Below, piece after piece: positions 1 to 12,181 of a DNA stretch of 64,000 nt. The position numbers and the translations under genes were made by a program. The DNA is from an uncultured delta proteobacterium (lineage in GTDB: Bacteria > Myxococcota_A > Polyangia > Fen-1088): contig CAWCMR010000025.1 in assembly GCA_963796685.1 (NCBI GenBank), positions 416,001 through 480,000 of the forward strand. The letters are read 5' to 3'. Every line of letters starts with the position of its first letter. Positions within the stretch are counted from its first letter, which is position 1. The notes beneath the pieces were generated by a model that saw only the letters and a program-made list of their open reading frames with translations, made no database searches and was not told the DNA's origin.

Positions 1-255
1 GAAAAGCCCCCAGATGCTGCCGGCGATCGCCACGGCGGCGGGGATCACCGGCGGCACAGCCGGCTTCCCGATTCCTGGGATTTCCTTATGACATCGTCTG
101 CAACGCATTCGTCACCGCTCTAGGTTCTCCTGGTTGTCTCGCGACAAGCCAACTTCGAGGCTGTCACCACGGATGGACTTAACCTTCCTACTATCGGCGA
201 GAAAGGGCAACCCGGTCTGCAGACCTGTCCTCTCGAGCCCGTCCACCGCCTTCCC

Positions 256-666
256 GTGGATGGCGAAGAACTCGGGCGCCATGTAGCGAAGCACGCGTTC
301 GCTGGTGCGGGCGAGGGCAATGCGCTTTTTCTGCTCGTGCTTTCGAGCAAGTGGCGCCGGGTTGAGTGCCTCCCAGCTGAGCAGGCTATACGCCGCGGGA
401 TCGGCCGCCAGCAGACGATGCAGGAACGTGGTGCCGGTACGCTGCAGGCCGGTGATCACAATCGGCGGCTTCAACTCTTGTTCGAGGATGTCCGGGTGTT
501 TGCGGAAAAGGGCCTCGGCGCGCAATCGATTCTGCAACAACCCCAGCAGTCTTTGTTTGGTGAGGAGTCGCCGAAACGCTGGCCGCCAGGTCTCGTCTCC
601 GAAATCCCGCAGGCCGCTTCTCCTGACAGCGGCATCAATGAGGGCGCCTTCCTCCAGTTTACGCAT
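256..666 (-). pseudogene. Sulfotransferase family fragment (truncated at both ends, internal deletion)
   Basis: PIVITGLQRTGTTFLHRLLAADP (PAPS-binding loop) and WEALNPAP; similarity stops after FFAIH; the segment between FRRLL and TKQRLL looks shorter than in full-length members. Confidence 0.7.
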
Positions 667-899
667 ACGAGCCGGCCGAGATAGCGATAACCTTCTGCCT
701 GGTTGAAGGCGTCTTTGGGCGAACCAGGGAAAAGCATCGCCGCACCCGCAGCCTTAATGGTATCGCAGTACTCTTCCCACGCCTTGCCCGTCAGGATGCG
801 GGCCTCATGCACGTCCTGCATGGTCTTGCCCTGCAGCTTCAGTTTCCACAGATTGAGCTTGCGGAAGAGGCCGAGCAGGAGAAGGAAGACTTTCTTCAT
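667..899 (-). pseudogene. N-terminal fragment of a DUF1214-like protein
   Basis: AWEEYCDTIKAAG...P.DAFNQAEGYRYLGRL resembles the N-terminus of DUF1214 proteins found next to sulfotransferases; similarity ends abruptly at about 667. Confidence 0.55.
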
Positions 900-1125
900 T
901 GCAAAGCAGTATCCGTCGAGTCCTGGCGGGCTCAAACACCTTTGGGGAGCCGGCTGTCCGACCCATACCAGGGCTGACACTGAGCGCCCATGTCACGCGC
1001 CAGCCTGGAGCGCAGAATGCCGGCGATCTTGCATGATTTGGCCACGAGTTCTGGCAGCGGCGAGGCCCTTCACGGATCCATCGAGCGACTTGTAGCGACC
1101 AGCCAACCCCTACTCCCTTCACTTC

Positions 1126-1141
1126 TGGCCTGCCGTTTGCT
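1126..1141 (+). promoter_or_regulatory. Putative sigma-54 (-24/-12) promoter
   Basis: TGGCCTGCCGTTTGCT, GG-N10-GC, just upstream of ATG 1159. Confidence 0.5.
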
Positions 1142-1158
1142 GTTGCTATGCCAAGCAC

Positions 1159-2397
1159 ATGAGTCGCAGCTCGACGCAGGATAGCAGCCCCGACCGGCAC
1201 GAGAATCCGGCAGAACAGCCTGCTCCATCGGCCTCGGTGGCCAGAGACTCGCCAACCAAGGTCTCCCTGGCAGGCGCGGAGTTTCGCCGCGCCCGAGACA
1301 CTTTCAAGACTGCCGCGGTAGCGGCAGGCGCCATCCTGGCCGTTGCCCTCGGTGTCTGGATCCTGGCGACAGCGCGCTTCGCCGTTGCGTTGACGGTCCT
1401 GTCGTTTCTCGTAGCCGTCGCCATGGATCGAGGCGTAAAGGTCTTCGAGCATCGGGGACTTCCGCGCCGCGTGGCCATTGCATTGGTCGTCTTGGCCATT
1501 CTTGGTGTGCTGACCGCACTGGCATTGCTTATTGTCCCAACGGCTGCCGAACAAGCAACCAACCTGATCAAATCGACTCCTCAGCTCATTGCCGAAGTGC
1601 GCCACTCGCGAGCCGTGGCCGTGCTCGATCGCGTCTTCCACATCAGGTCGGAGCTCGACAATCCGACGCGAAAGCTCGCCCACCTCGCAGAGAGTGAGCT
1701 CACACCCTTGTTGTCCCTGGTGGGCGGCGTGCTCACAGCCATCTCCGGGACCGTCGTCATCATCTTTCTTGCCATCTTCATGCTGGTCTTCGGCGGCCCG
1801 CTCATCGACCGCATGGTCGCAGAGGCCAGGCTCGAACGCCAGCCAACGTACAGACACGTGATTCAGAAGGTTCATCACGCGATAGGCGGTTATGTCACCG
1901 GGTTGATCGTGATTTGTTCGGTCAATGCGACGCTGACGACCATCTTTCTTGCCATCGACGACATACCGTTCTTTCTACCGCTCGGCCTGTTGAGCGGCCT
2001 GTCGAGCCTGGTCCCGTATGCGGGCCCGTTCATCGCGGGCGTCACCATCTCGGCCATTGCACTTGGCGCAGGCGGCATAGGTCATGGCATTGCTGCGGTG
2101 GCCTACTTCGTCGCATACGGGCAGCTCGAGGGAAATGTCTTGGCCCCCCTGATTTTCCGACGCACGGTGAATACCAACCCCCTCCTGGTAACCCTCTCCA
2201 TTCTGTTTTTCGCCCAAGTCGCGGGCATCCTCGGAGCAGTTGCTGCCGTCCCTCTGCTGGCTATCCTTCAGATCGTCATAGGCGAAATCTTGCGCCTCCG
2301 CCGCGCAGGATGGATGGAGCAACGAGCCTCCTCCGGGGCAAGTCGCGGAAAGGAAGAGGAACGTTACGGTGCTGACCCGGAAGCTTCGAGACGGTAA
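1159..2397 (+). CDS. AI-2E family transporter (PerM/TqsA-like)
   Basis: Multi-TM 412 aa with SLVPYAGPFI, QLEGNVLAPLI and GILGAVAAVPL motifs. Confidence 0.9.
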   Translation: MSRSSTQDSSPDRHENPAEQPAPSASVARDSPTKVSLAGAEFRRARDTFKTAAVAAGAILAVALGVWILATARFAVALTVLSFLVAVAMDRGVKVFEHRGLPRRVAIALVVLAILGVLTALALLIVPTAAEQATNLIKSTPQLIAEVRHSRAVAVLDRVFHIRSELDNPTRKLAHLAESELTPLLSLVGGVLTAISGTVVIIFLAIFMLVFGGPLIDRMVAEARLERQPTYRHVIQKVHHAIGGYVTGLIVICSVNATLTTIFLAIDDIPFFLPLGLLSGLSSLVPYAGPFIAGVTISAIALGAGGIGHGIAAVAYFVAYGQLEGNVLAPLIFRRTVNTNPLLVTLSILFFAQVAGILGAVAAVPLLAILQIVIGEILRLRRAGWMEQRASSGASRGKEEERYGADPEASRR

Positions 2398-2471
2398 CGC
2401 TCGCGCGGTCGGCTGGTGCGGATAACTGAAGATGTGTCCAGAAATCGGCGATCAGGGCTCGCGTCCCACGA

Positions 2472-2487
2472 TGGCACGCCTCTTGAT
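2472..2487 (+). promoter_or_regulatory. Putative sigma-54 promoter (variant -12 TTGA) for glgX
   Basis: TGGCACGCCTCTTGAT: perfect -24 TGGCACG, -12 TTGA instead of TTGC. Confidence 0.5.
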
Positions 2488-2592
2488 GTGCTGAATTCCC
2501 TCACCGGGGTTGCAACGCGCAAGCCCTGTGAGGCGCCGAGCTATGCGTGCTCGGCCTTTGACCGCCCACCCAGCACCGGAGGATCGTAGCCC

Positions 2593-4815
2593 ATGCCCAA
2601 ACCAGCCCGCATCGACCCCGGACCCGATCCTAGATTTGCCGTTTTGCCCGGCACCCCCTTCCCACTCGGCGCAACGGTGGTGGAAGGAGGCACCAACTTC
2701 GCACTGTTTTCCGAGCACGCGCAGCACGTCTACGTCTGCCTCTTCGAGGAAGGTGCTCCCGGCAAGGAAGTCGGTCGCTACGAGCTGCGCGAAAGGACCG
2801 CCCATGTCTTCCACGGCATGCTTCCCGAGATCGGCGTCGGGGCACTTTATGGATTCAGGGTCGAAGGGCCCTTTGCCCCTTCCAAAGGACACCGCTTCAA
2901 CGTCAACAAGCTTCTTATCGACCCCTATGCGCGCGCCCTCCACGGCGACCTCGATTTCAAGGGCCCCATTTACGGCTATCCCCAGGGTGCAAAGGAAGGC
3001 GACCTCGGCTTCTCAAACGAGGACGACGCTTGGGCGAAGCCCAAGTCGGTGGTTCTGAGCGACGCTTTCGATTGGGGCGACGACCGAAGACCACGGGTTC
3101 CCTGGAACGATACCGTCATCTACGAGGCGCACGTACGAGGTTTGACCATGCGCCACCCGGACGTGCCCGAAGGCCTGCGCGGCACGTACGAGGCGGTCAC
3201 TCATCCCGCCATCATCTGGCATCTCAAGCAACTCGGAGTCACTGCCATCGAGCTTCTGCCCGTGCACGCCAAGCTGGTGGACGGATACCTCGTCGAGCGC
3301 GGCCTCACCAATTACTGGGGCTACAGCACCATGGGCTATTTCGCTCCCGAGCAGAAGTACGCTCGGGCCACAACCGTCCCGGGATCACAGGTCGCGGAAT
3401 TCAAGACCATGGTCAAGAACCTGCATGCGGCAGGCATCGAGGTAATTCTGGATGTCGTCTACAACCACACCGGGGAGGGCAACCAAGGCGGTCCGACCCT
3501 GTCTTTCCGCGGAATCGACAACTTGCTCTTCTACCATCACAGTCCCAAAGACGCGCGCTTCAACATGGATTTCACCGGGTGCGGTAACAGCCTGAACCTG
3601 GGCGCCCTCTATGTCATGAAGACCGTGCTCGACAGCCTCCGTTATTGGGCCGACGTCATGCATGTCGATGGGTTTCGGTTCGACGAGGCGACGACCCTTG
3701 GTCGCATGTGGCCCACCTTCGCCTTCGACCGCAACGCGGCCTTCTTTCAAGCCGTGCACCAAGACCCGATCCTTTCCCAGCTGAAGTTGATCGCGGAGCC
3801 CTGGGACACCGGCGAGGGAGGCCAGCAGCTGGGCCACTTCCCCGTCCTGTGGTCGGAATGGAACGTCTCCTATCGCGACACCGTCCGCTCCTTCTGGAAG
3901 GGCGATGAGAACCAGGCCAGCTCCCTCGGCCATCGCATGACCGGCTCAGCCGACATCTTCTTGCCCGGAGGCCGTCGGCCGCATGCCAGCATCAATTTCG
4001 TCACCAGCCACGACGGCTTTACGCTGCATGACCTCGTGACCTACGAGAAGAAACACAATGAGGCCAACAAGGAGGACAATCACGATGGGCTGGATGACAA
4101 CCGTGCGTGGAATCACGGCACCGAGGGAGAAACCGAGGACCAAGGCATCAACGTGCTCCGCGACCGCACCAAGCGCAACATCCTGACCACGCTCTTCATC
4201 TCCCGCGGCGTTCCCATGCTGACGGCAGGCGATGAGATGGGACGCACCCAAGAAGGCAACAACAACGCCTATTGCCAAGACAACGCAATCTCATGGGTGG
4301 ACTGGAGCTTGGACGAACGACGGCAGGCGCTTCTGGATTTCGTGAAACGGCTGTCGCGATTGCGTCACGGCGAGGGAGTGCTCCGTGAAGACTACTTCTT
4401 TCGCGGCGACCGCATCTGGGACTCTCCCCTAAAGGACCTTGCGTTCTTTCGTCCCGACGGAACCGAGACGACTCCCGACGATTGGAAGGCGCACCACGTT
4501 CGCTCCTTCGCTTGCCTCCTCGGGGGAGAAACCCTAGTGGTACCCGACAAGGCCGGACGCCGTCCCCTCGGCAACACCTTGCTGATGCTGCTCAACGCCC
4601 ACCACGAAGCTGTCGACTTCACGCTCCCGGGCTTGATCCGGGGACTCGGATGGGAGGTCGTTGTGGACACGTCACGTGGCACGCCTTCCGGCTCATCCAG
4701 ACTGGTAAACGAAGCCAAGGTCCACGTCCCCGAGCGCTCGATGATGGTCTTGCGCCAAACGCCCTCGCAACCTGGCACCCGTGACGTTCCCGAAGCCCCC
4801 AGCAAAACCTACTGA
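2593..4815 (+). CDS. glgX: Glycogen debranching enzyme (GH13 isoamylase)
   Basis: PGTPFPLGAT, NYWGYST, DVVYNHT, VDGFRFD, KLIAEPWD, NFVTSHDGFTL, GNNNAYCQDN. Confidence 0.97.
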   Translation: MPKPARIDPGPDPRFAVLPGTPFPLGATVVEGGTNFALFSEHAQHVYVCLFEEGAPGKEVGRYELRERTAHVFHGMLPEIGVGALYGFRVEGPFAPSKGHRFNVNKLLIDPYARALHGDLDFKGPIYGYPQGAKEGDLGFSNEDDAWAKPKSVVLSDAFDWGDDRRPRVPWNDTVIYEAHVRGLTMRHPDVPEGLRGTYEAVTHPAIIWHLKQLGVTAIELLPVHAKLVDGYLVERGLTNYWGYSTMGYFAPEQKYARATTVPGSQVAEFKTMVKNLHAAGIEVILDVVYNHTGEGNQGGPTLSFRGIDNLLFYHHSPKDARFNMDFTGCGNSLNLGALYVMKTVLDSLRYWADVMHVDGFRFDEATTLGRMWPTFAFDRNAAFFQAVHQDPILSQLKLIAEPWDTGEGGQQLGHFPVLWSEWNVSYRDTVRSFWKGDENQASSLGHRMTGSADIFLPGGRRPHASINFVTSHDGFTLHDLVTYEKKHNEANKEDNHDGLDDNRAWNHGTEGETEDQGINVLRDRTKRNILTTLFISRGVPMLTAGDEMGRTQEGNNNAYCQDNAISWVDWSLDERRQALLDFVKRLSRLRHGEGVLREDYFFRGDRIWDSPLKDLAFFRPDGTETTPDDWKAHHVRSFACLLGGETLVVPDKAGRRPLGNTLLMLLNAHHEAVDFTLPGLIRGLGWEVVVDTSRGTPSGSSRLVNEAKVHVPERSMMVLRQTPSQPGTRDVPEAPSKTY

Positions 4816-4961
4816 ATGAGCTTTCGTCCACCGATGAGACGCACGAGCACGACCACAATGGCAAGAACCAGTAGAATGTGAATATACCCGCCCATGGTGT
4901 AAGAGCTTATGAGGCCGAGTAGCCACAGGACCACCAGCACGATTGAAATAGTCCAAAGCAT
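4809..4961 (-). CDS. lmo0937 / DUF5670 family small membrane protein
   Basis: MLWTISIVLVVLWLLGLISSYTMGGYIHILLVLAIVVVLVRLIGGRK, 50 aa; AGGAAAGG-like RBS upstream. Confidence 0.9.
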   Translation of the reverse strand: MLWTISIVLVVLWLLGLISSYTMGGYIHILLVLAIVVVLVRLIGGRKLIQ

Positions 4962-5017
4962 GAGTATTGCCTTTCCTTGGAGAATGTCTTTCGCCAAACG
5001 TCGCGGTTCGGTTCCTG

Positions 5018-5033
5018 ATCAAGGAGCATGCCA
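5018..5033 (-). promoter_or_regulatory. Putative sigma-54 promoter (variant -12 TTGA)
   Basis: Minus strand TGGCATGCTCCTTGAT upstream of the lmo0937-like gene; same variant as at glgX. Confidence 0.45.
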
Positions 5034-5109
5034 AGCAAATGCCAAACCACTCGGTCACGACATTTCACGAGTGACGCTTCGCCGAACATCCTGCCGACGT
5101 CGGCACTCG

Positions 5110-5155
5110 GTCACGCCTATGTAACCCATCTGCCTTCTTGTCACGTACGCGTAAC
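5110..5155. promoter_or_regulatory. Tandem near-palindromic sites GTCACG-N5-GTAAC (candidate enhancer/UAS)
   Basis: GTCACGCCTATGTAAC (5110-5125) and GTCACGTACGCGTAAC (5140-5155), 30 bp apart; a third copy at 12119-12134 on the minus strand. Confidence 0.45.
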
Positions 5156-5251
5156 TCCATCAAGCGAGTTGTTCACTTCCCAATTGAACCCTCTTCGTTC
5201 TCTGCTAGATGCTGTCATCACACGCAACTGGCTGGCGAATAAAGTAACCTC

Positions 5252-6691
<1,440 letters not shown>

Positions 6692-6701
6692 CGTGGCGTC
6701 T

Positions 6702-7268
6702 TCAACCGGGAAACTCCTTCAAGTCATTTGCACCGTCGCTGATGACCATCTCTGCTTCGGCTCGCGCCGGATTCTCGACGTGGGTGTCGGAACCATCAGT
6801 CGCGACATCTGAAACCGGCGTGACGCCGCCACGAGACGTCGCATCCCCTGTTCGCCATGCGAGAATGTCTCGAATCGCCTCCAGCGTACACGCCTCTGGC
6901 GCACGGAGCAGAATGTCGTTCAGCCCGATGATGCCCTCGAGACGCTCGTCATCGCCAAGGACCAATAGCTGGGCGACGCCTTCCCTGCTCATGATCTCGA
7001 CAGCACGTTGCACTGGGCAGTCGGGCGGAACGAATTCACCCGGGCTCGACATGATGTCATCCACCCTCGTCAAGTCGGCAACACGTCCCTTGGCGACCAC
7101 CCGCATGACGAGATCCCTGACAGTGACAACTCCCAGCACATGAGCGTCCGGGCCGCAAATCGGCAGCAGGTCCACGCGATGCATGGCCATCAGCCTGGCA
7201 GCCTGACTCACAGAGCACGCGTCAGGAATCCATTGCACCTCTTTCCTCATGATGTCTCTACAAAACAT
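6702..7268 (-). CDS. CBS domain pair protein
   Basis: CRDIMRK...AARLM...GVVTVRDL...DDIMS...GIIGLNDI; AAGGAG RBS. Confidence 0.88.
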   Translation of the reverse strand: MFCRDIMRKEVQWIPDACSVSQAARLMAMHRVDLLPICGPDAHVLGVVTVRDLVMRVVAKGRVADLTRVDDIMSSPGEFVPPDCPVQRAVEIMSREGVAQLLVLGDDERLEGIIGLNDILLRAPEACTLEAIRDILAWRTGDATSRGGVTPVSDVATDGSDTHVENPARAEAEMVISDGANDLKEFPG

Positions 7269-7364
7269 GGTTCAACTCCTTCCCTCTTCTTCAAAAAGAG
7301 ATTCAGGCAAGAAGTGTTCCGTTCGACACCACGTAACTCTGTGCAATAGCGATCACTGCGCTAT

Positions 7365-7380
7365 TGGCCCAAAACATGCA
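7365..7380 (+). promoter_or_regulatory. Putative sigma-54 promoter
   Basis: TGGCCCAAAACATGCA, GG-N10-GC, upstream of ATG 7419; preceded by inverted repeat CAATAGCG-N7-CGCTATTG. Confidence 0.45.
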
Positions 7381-7418
7381 TTGGATTGTGTGTATGTTGC
7401 ACGTGAACGCAGGGCAAA

Positions 7419-7955
7419 ATGTCAGGTAGAACGTCAGTATTCGGAATTCTGACGACACTTCCCCAGCTGAAAGAGGTCGTCGCCAACTTGAGATCTGCCG
7501 GCTTCCGGTACGACGACATTTCGGTGCTCTTCGCGGACAGGAGCGGCTCCAGAAATCTGTCGTTGGAAAAGCACACCAAAGCACCCGAGGGTGCAGCCGC
7601 GGGGGCGGGCACCGGCGCTGTCCTTGGTGGAGCCTTGGGATGGCTGGTCGGCATCGGGGCGCTCGCTATACCGGGGCTCGGGCCCTTCATCGCCGCAGGC
7701 CCGATCATGGCCGCGCTGGCAGGAGCCGGGGCAGGTGGCGCGTTCCTGGGATTGACGGGTGCCATGGTGGGGCTGGGCATTCCGGAGTTCGAGGCCAAGC
7801 GCTACGAGGGCATGGTGACGAGTGGTGGAATACTCATCTCCGTACATGCGGACGGCTCCGAATGGGCGCAGCGCGCGGAAGCAATTCTCTCGCGTGGCAA
7901 CGCTACAAGTGTGTCACGCGCAAACGAGGCACCTGGCGAGATGATAGGGGCCTGA
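7419..7955 (+). CDS. General stress membrane protein (DUF3341/YflT-like, Gly-zipper)
   Basis: GFRYDDISVL, KAPEGAAAGAGTG, LAIPGLGPFIAAGP, GLGIPEFEAKRYE. Confidence 0.85.
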   Translation: MSGRTSVFGILTTLPQLKEVVANLRSAGFRYDDISVLFADRSGSRNLSLEKHTKAPEGAAAGAGTGAVLGGALGWLVGIGALAIPGLGPFIAAGPIMAALAGAGAGGAFLGLTGAMVGLGIPEFEAKRYEGMVTSGGILISVHADGSEWAQRAEAILSRGNATSVSRANEAPGEMIGA

Positions 7956-7975
7956 TGATTTTGCCGGCTGTCTGC

Positions 7976-9443
7976 TCATTGCCCGAGCGGCCCCGTCTTC
8001 GACTGGCGCGGGGCACGGATACCGAAGGTTCGGCGCAAGACCAATAGTGCGGCATTGTATCCGCACATTCCGTGGACGCCCCCTCCAGGTGGGGTCGAGC
8101 CTCGAGCACAGGTAGATCCCTGGCGTTGGTGTCGCATAGGGAGACCAGCGCAGGGTCGGTCGCATGAGCATTTGACCGATATCGTTGGCTCCCCCTGTGA
8201 TGTCTCCTCCCTCGTAGTTCTGGTTGTAGAGGCTGAGCTCTGCGGCTGTCATGGTGTGACGTGCCAGAATGCAGTCGCGAAAGCCCGGCGCGAATCGTTC
8301 GACTTGTCGTTCTACGGCCAAGGTCATATTCTTCGTCGATCCGTTGGGGACGTGACAATAGGCCCAGCCCGTGTGCTTCCCTGCCGGTGCTCGACTCGGG
8401 TCGAAGAGGCTCTGCTGCGCGACCAAAACATAGGGACGCTCCGGGTGATAGCCTTCGCCAACTTCTCGTTCGGACTGGGCAATCTCTTCCAGGGTACCAC
8501 CCAGGTGCACGGTCCCCGCATGACCACATTCCTTGCTCCTCCACGGAATCGGACCGGCAAGCGCCCAGTCCAGCTTGAACGCGCCAGGGGCCGGGCGAAA
8601 CCGTTCGATGCGCTCCACGTACCTCTTGCGAAGTCGATCTCGACAAATGCGCGCCATCACCCTCGGGCTGGTATCGAATAGCACCGCCCGGGCTTCGGGA
8701 AGCTCGCGCCAATCACGGACCAAGCGGTCGGTTTCGATGATCCCGCCAAGCTCTTTCAGATGGTTCGCGAGCGCAAGAGCGATCGCTCGGGAACCGCCCT
8801 TGACACAGGGCCATCCCTTCACGTGCGCGGCCAAGAGCAGGGTCATTCCGATGGCCGAGCTGGCCGGCGCATCGAGAGGCAGAAACGCATGGGCGGCGCA
8901 ACCTGCCAGCAGTGCACGCGCGAGGGCTGTCGCGAAGGTACCACGAGCGAGGCGCTCGGCGGACTTGAAGGCTGTCCAGCCAAAGCGAGCCACCAGGAAA
9001 GGATGACGAGGCCATCGCAACGGTTTGAGCAATTCTGCAAACAGAAGAGGTGCCTGTGCAAGAAAGGGCTCGACCAGCTTCCGGTACGATTCGGCATCGT
9101 CCTCCAGTCCGTGGGCGGTCTCTTCGACGGAGCGCTTCAGCAGTGCCACGCGACCGTCGTCGAGCGGGTGCGCGAGAGCAACGGGAGGCTCGACCCACGT
9201 GACTTCACGAGTCTCCAGTGCCATGCGCTGAAACGCGGGCGATAGTGCCCCCATGGGGTGAATCGCCGAACAGACATCGTGCGTGAACCCTGGCAGGGTC
9301 AATGCAGCGCTGCGTGTGCCACCTCCGATTTCGCCGCGGGCTTCGAGGACGAGGACCGAAAGCCCCTGCTCGGCGAGCGTCACGGCCGCCGAAAGACCAT
9401 TCGGCCCTGAACCGACGATGATAGCGTCGTAACGTTCCGGCAT
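7976..9443 (-). CDS. Phytoene desaturase-like NAD(P)/FAD oxidoreductase (COG1233); +1 frameshift near 8100
   Basis: GSGPNGL Rossmann motif, HDVCSAIHP; C-terminal [17 protein letters not shown] continues in another frame to TGA at 7976. Confidence 0.88.
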
Positions 9444-9476
9444 CCATGAAGTCTATAGCGCTTCGGACCGCCGCGC

Positions 9477-12021
9477 TCACGCCAGCTTGCGCGCACTCTC
9501 GGGGCTAATCGCGCTCATCAAGGCAGACATCTCGACGGGCTTCACCAGGTGCGCGTCGAAGCCCACGGCTCGACTCTGCATAGAATCTCCCTCGCGGCCG
9601 TAGCCGGTCAGCGCGACGAGGCGCGGAGGCGAGCTCGACGGTCGGGCACGCACCCTTCGCGCGAGCTCGAAGCCATCCATCTCGGGCAGCCCGAGATCGA
9701 GGATGGCCACCTCGGCGGGGAAGACCTCGAGCCTGTCCAAGGCCGAGGGCCCGTCATCCGCCACCGCCACCTCATGCCCCAAGTCACGCAGGAGATCCGC
9801 CAACATTTCCCTGGCGTCTTCGTTGTCGTCCACGACGAGGATACGCTTTCCTTCCAGCGACACGAGGGGCGGTGTCTCGGCGTTCGGCACCTTCAAATCG
9901 ACCGAAACAAGGGCGGGGATGCGCACCACGAATTCGCTGCCGCGCCCGGGGCCCTCGCTCGTGGCAGCGACCGTTCCACCGTGCAGAGTGACGAAGCTCT
10001 TCACGAGCGCCAGGCCGAGACCAAGCCCGCCCTCGGAACGGGCAACCGTGCGCATCCCTTGTACGAAGGGCTCGAACACATGGGGAAGAAGGCTGGCTCC
10101 GATGCCTTCGCCATCATCGCGAACGCGGATAACCACCTGGCCATCTTCGAGCGCGGCGCCGAGCCACACGTGCCCGCGCGGCGGCGTGTACTTCGCCGCA
10201 TTGGTCAAGAGGTTGGCCACGACCTGGGCCAGGCGCAAGGGATCGGCGTACATCCACATTCCCGACCTGGGGGTCGACACGGCCAGGTGCTGCTCCCGCT
10301 GTTCAATGAGCGGACTGGCAATTTCGACGGCCTTGGAGAGAACGTCTTGCACTTCGACGTTGACGCGCTCGAGCGACAGAAGTCCTCGGGCCACGCGAGA
10401 CACATCCAGCAAGTCGTCGACCAACCTGCCCAGGTGCACGACCTGGCGCTCGATGACCTCCCGTTCGCGCATGGAGCGTTCGTCGCCGCGTAGTTTCAGG
10501 AGCTGGACAGCCGTGCTGATGGGCGCCAACGGGTTTCGCAGCTCGTGCCCGAGCATGGCCAGAAATTCGTCCTTGGACCGGTTGGCGGATTCCGCGCTGG
10601 CTCGCGCCGCGCGCTCCCCCTCGAAGAGCCTTGCCCTTTCGAAAGCCTGCGAACAGAGGTCGCTGACCGTTCGCAGGATTGACCGGTCGCCATCGGCAAA
10701 CTCACGTGGACTATCGAAACTCAGCGCAAGTGCGCCAACCAACGTGCCGTACGCCACGAGCGGCAAGGCCACGAAGGCTTCGAAGTTGCCGGCGCTTATG
10801 GCGTTGCGAAGCGCTGGGTACAGCTTCCGACAACTTTCGCAGGCTGTCGTAGAAAGCCGCCGTTCGTTCCCGTGCGGCGTCTGTGATCGGCGTGTGCACG
10901 GCGAGAGGAATCGACGTGTAGTTCACGGTCGCAGCCTCCGGGAGGCCACGCTCGCCGAACAGCTCGAGGTCTTTCCCGTCGGAGCCGAGCAGGTAGACGG
11001 CGCATGCTGAAGCACCCAGGGCGGTGACGCACTCATCGAGGACGACCTTCGATACATCCTCGGGTGTGACGGCTTCCGAGAGCGCCGCGGTCAACCGTTG
11101 CAAGCGCCGAAGCTTCTCTTCGCTCGCGCGCAACCGATGTTCGGCCGCTTGGGCCGCCTCGCGCTTTGCACGCTCGACGATGAGCCGGTACTCGACTTCC
11201 TCGGCGTGTCGGCGTTCGGTCAGGTCGCGCGTAATCTTGGCGAACCCGTAAACTTCACCATCTGCATTGCGAAGGACCGTAAGCGAGCCCTGGGCCCAGA
11301 AGCGTGACCCGTCCTTGCGCACCCGCCAGCCCATCACCGCGCGGGTCCCTTCCTTCAGAGCATCGCCAATCAATTGCGCGGGGACGCCAGCAAGGCGGTC
11401 TTCCGACGTAAAGAAGATCTCATAGGGCTGCCCCTGGATCTCCGCCGTCGGCCAACCCGTGATGCGCTCAGCACCCGCGTTCCAGCTGGACACGCGACCG
11501 CCAGCATCGAGCATGAAGATGGCACAATCCCGGACGCCATTGACGAAGAGCTGAAAGCGCTCCTCGCTGAGCCGCAACGCATCTAACATTCTGACGAGCT
11601 CGCCTCGGTCGCGCACGGTCGTGACGAAGATGGGCGTGCTCTCCCGGCAGGCCGCCCCAAAGCACCACTCGATGTCGCGCTCGCCGCCATCGCACATGAG
11701 GCCGGGAAGCTCGACTTGCATGAGGTCGGACGTTGCCGCAATCGGCGGTGCATCCGGCTGCCTCAGCCGCTCGGGAATCAGCATGTCCGTCGAGCGGCCC
11801 GCGAGAGCACCCGGCTCATAACCGAAGATGCTCTCGGCTGGCCTGTTTGCATGAAGAATGCACCGGAATGCATCGAAGGCGATCAGCGCCTCGGAAGCCA
11901 CCCCGAGAATTTCCGCCAGTTGAGCGGGGCGAGCCTCGACTTCAGCCAGTATCTTTCGAAGTGTCTGCTTTATCCCGCGTAGCGCGCCTCGTCCAGGTGG
12001 ACTCTGGGCTTCTTCCTTCAC
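9477..12021 (-). CDS. Hybrid sensor kinase PAS-PAS-GAF-HisKA-HATPase-REC; +1 frameshift near 10843
   Basis: ORF 10711-12021 (PAS, SWNAGAERI, start of GAF) joins ORF 9477-10772 (LGHELRNPL, NLLTNAAKYT, GLGLGL, REC). Confidence 0.9.
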
Positions 12022-12118
12022 GACTGCCTCACATCGGTTTTGTTCTGATGCACCTGTCCTTCTTGTGGTTTCGCGTCTCGGTCAATGTGCAGTGTATTCA
12101 GCATGGCCTGGGACCCAG

Positions 12119-12134
12119 GTTACCGTCTCGTGAC
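12119..12134 (-). promoter_or_regulatory. GTCACG-N5-GTAAC site upstream of the hybrid kinase
   Basis: Plus strand GTTACCGTCTCGTGAC = minus strand GTCACGAGACGGTAAC. Confidence 0.4.
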
Positions 12135-12181
12135 TGTAAGGGAATGGATGCTACGGGGGCGGAACCGAGCTGGAGCAGTCG

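Noticed and set aside
1-95. Minus-strand PGIGKPAVPPVIPAA resembling the C-terminus of molybdopterin oxidoreductases
   Set aside because: Too short, has no start or context, and is cut by the window edge.
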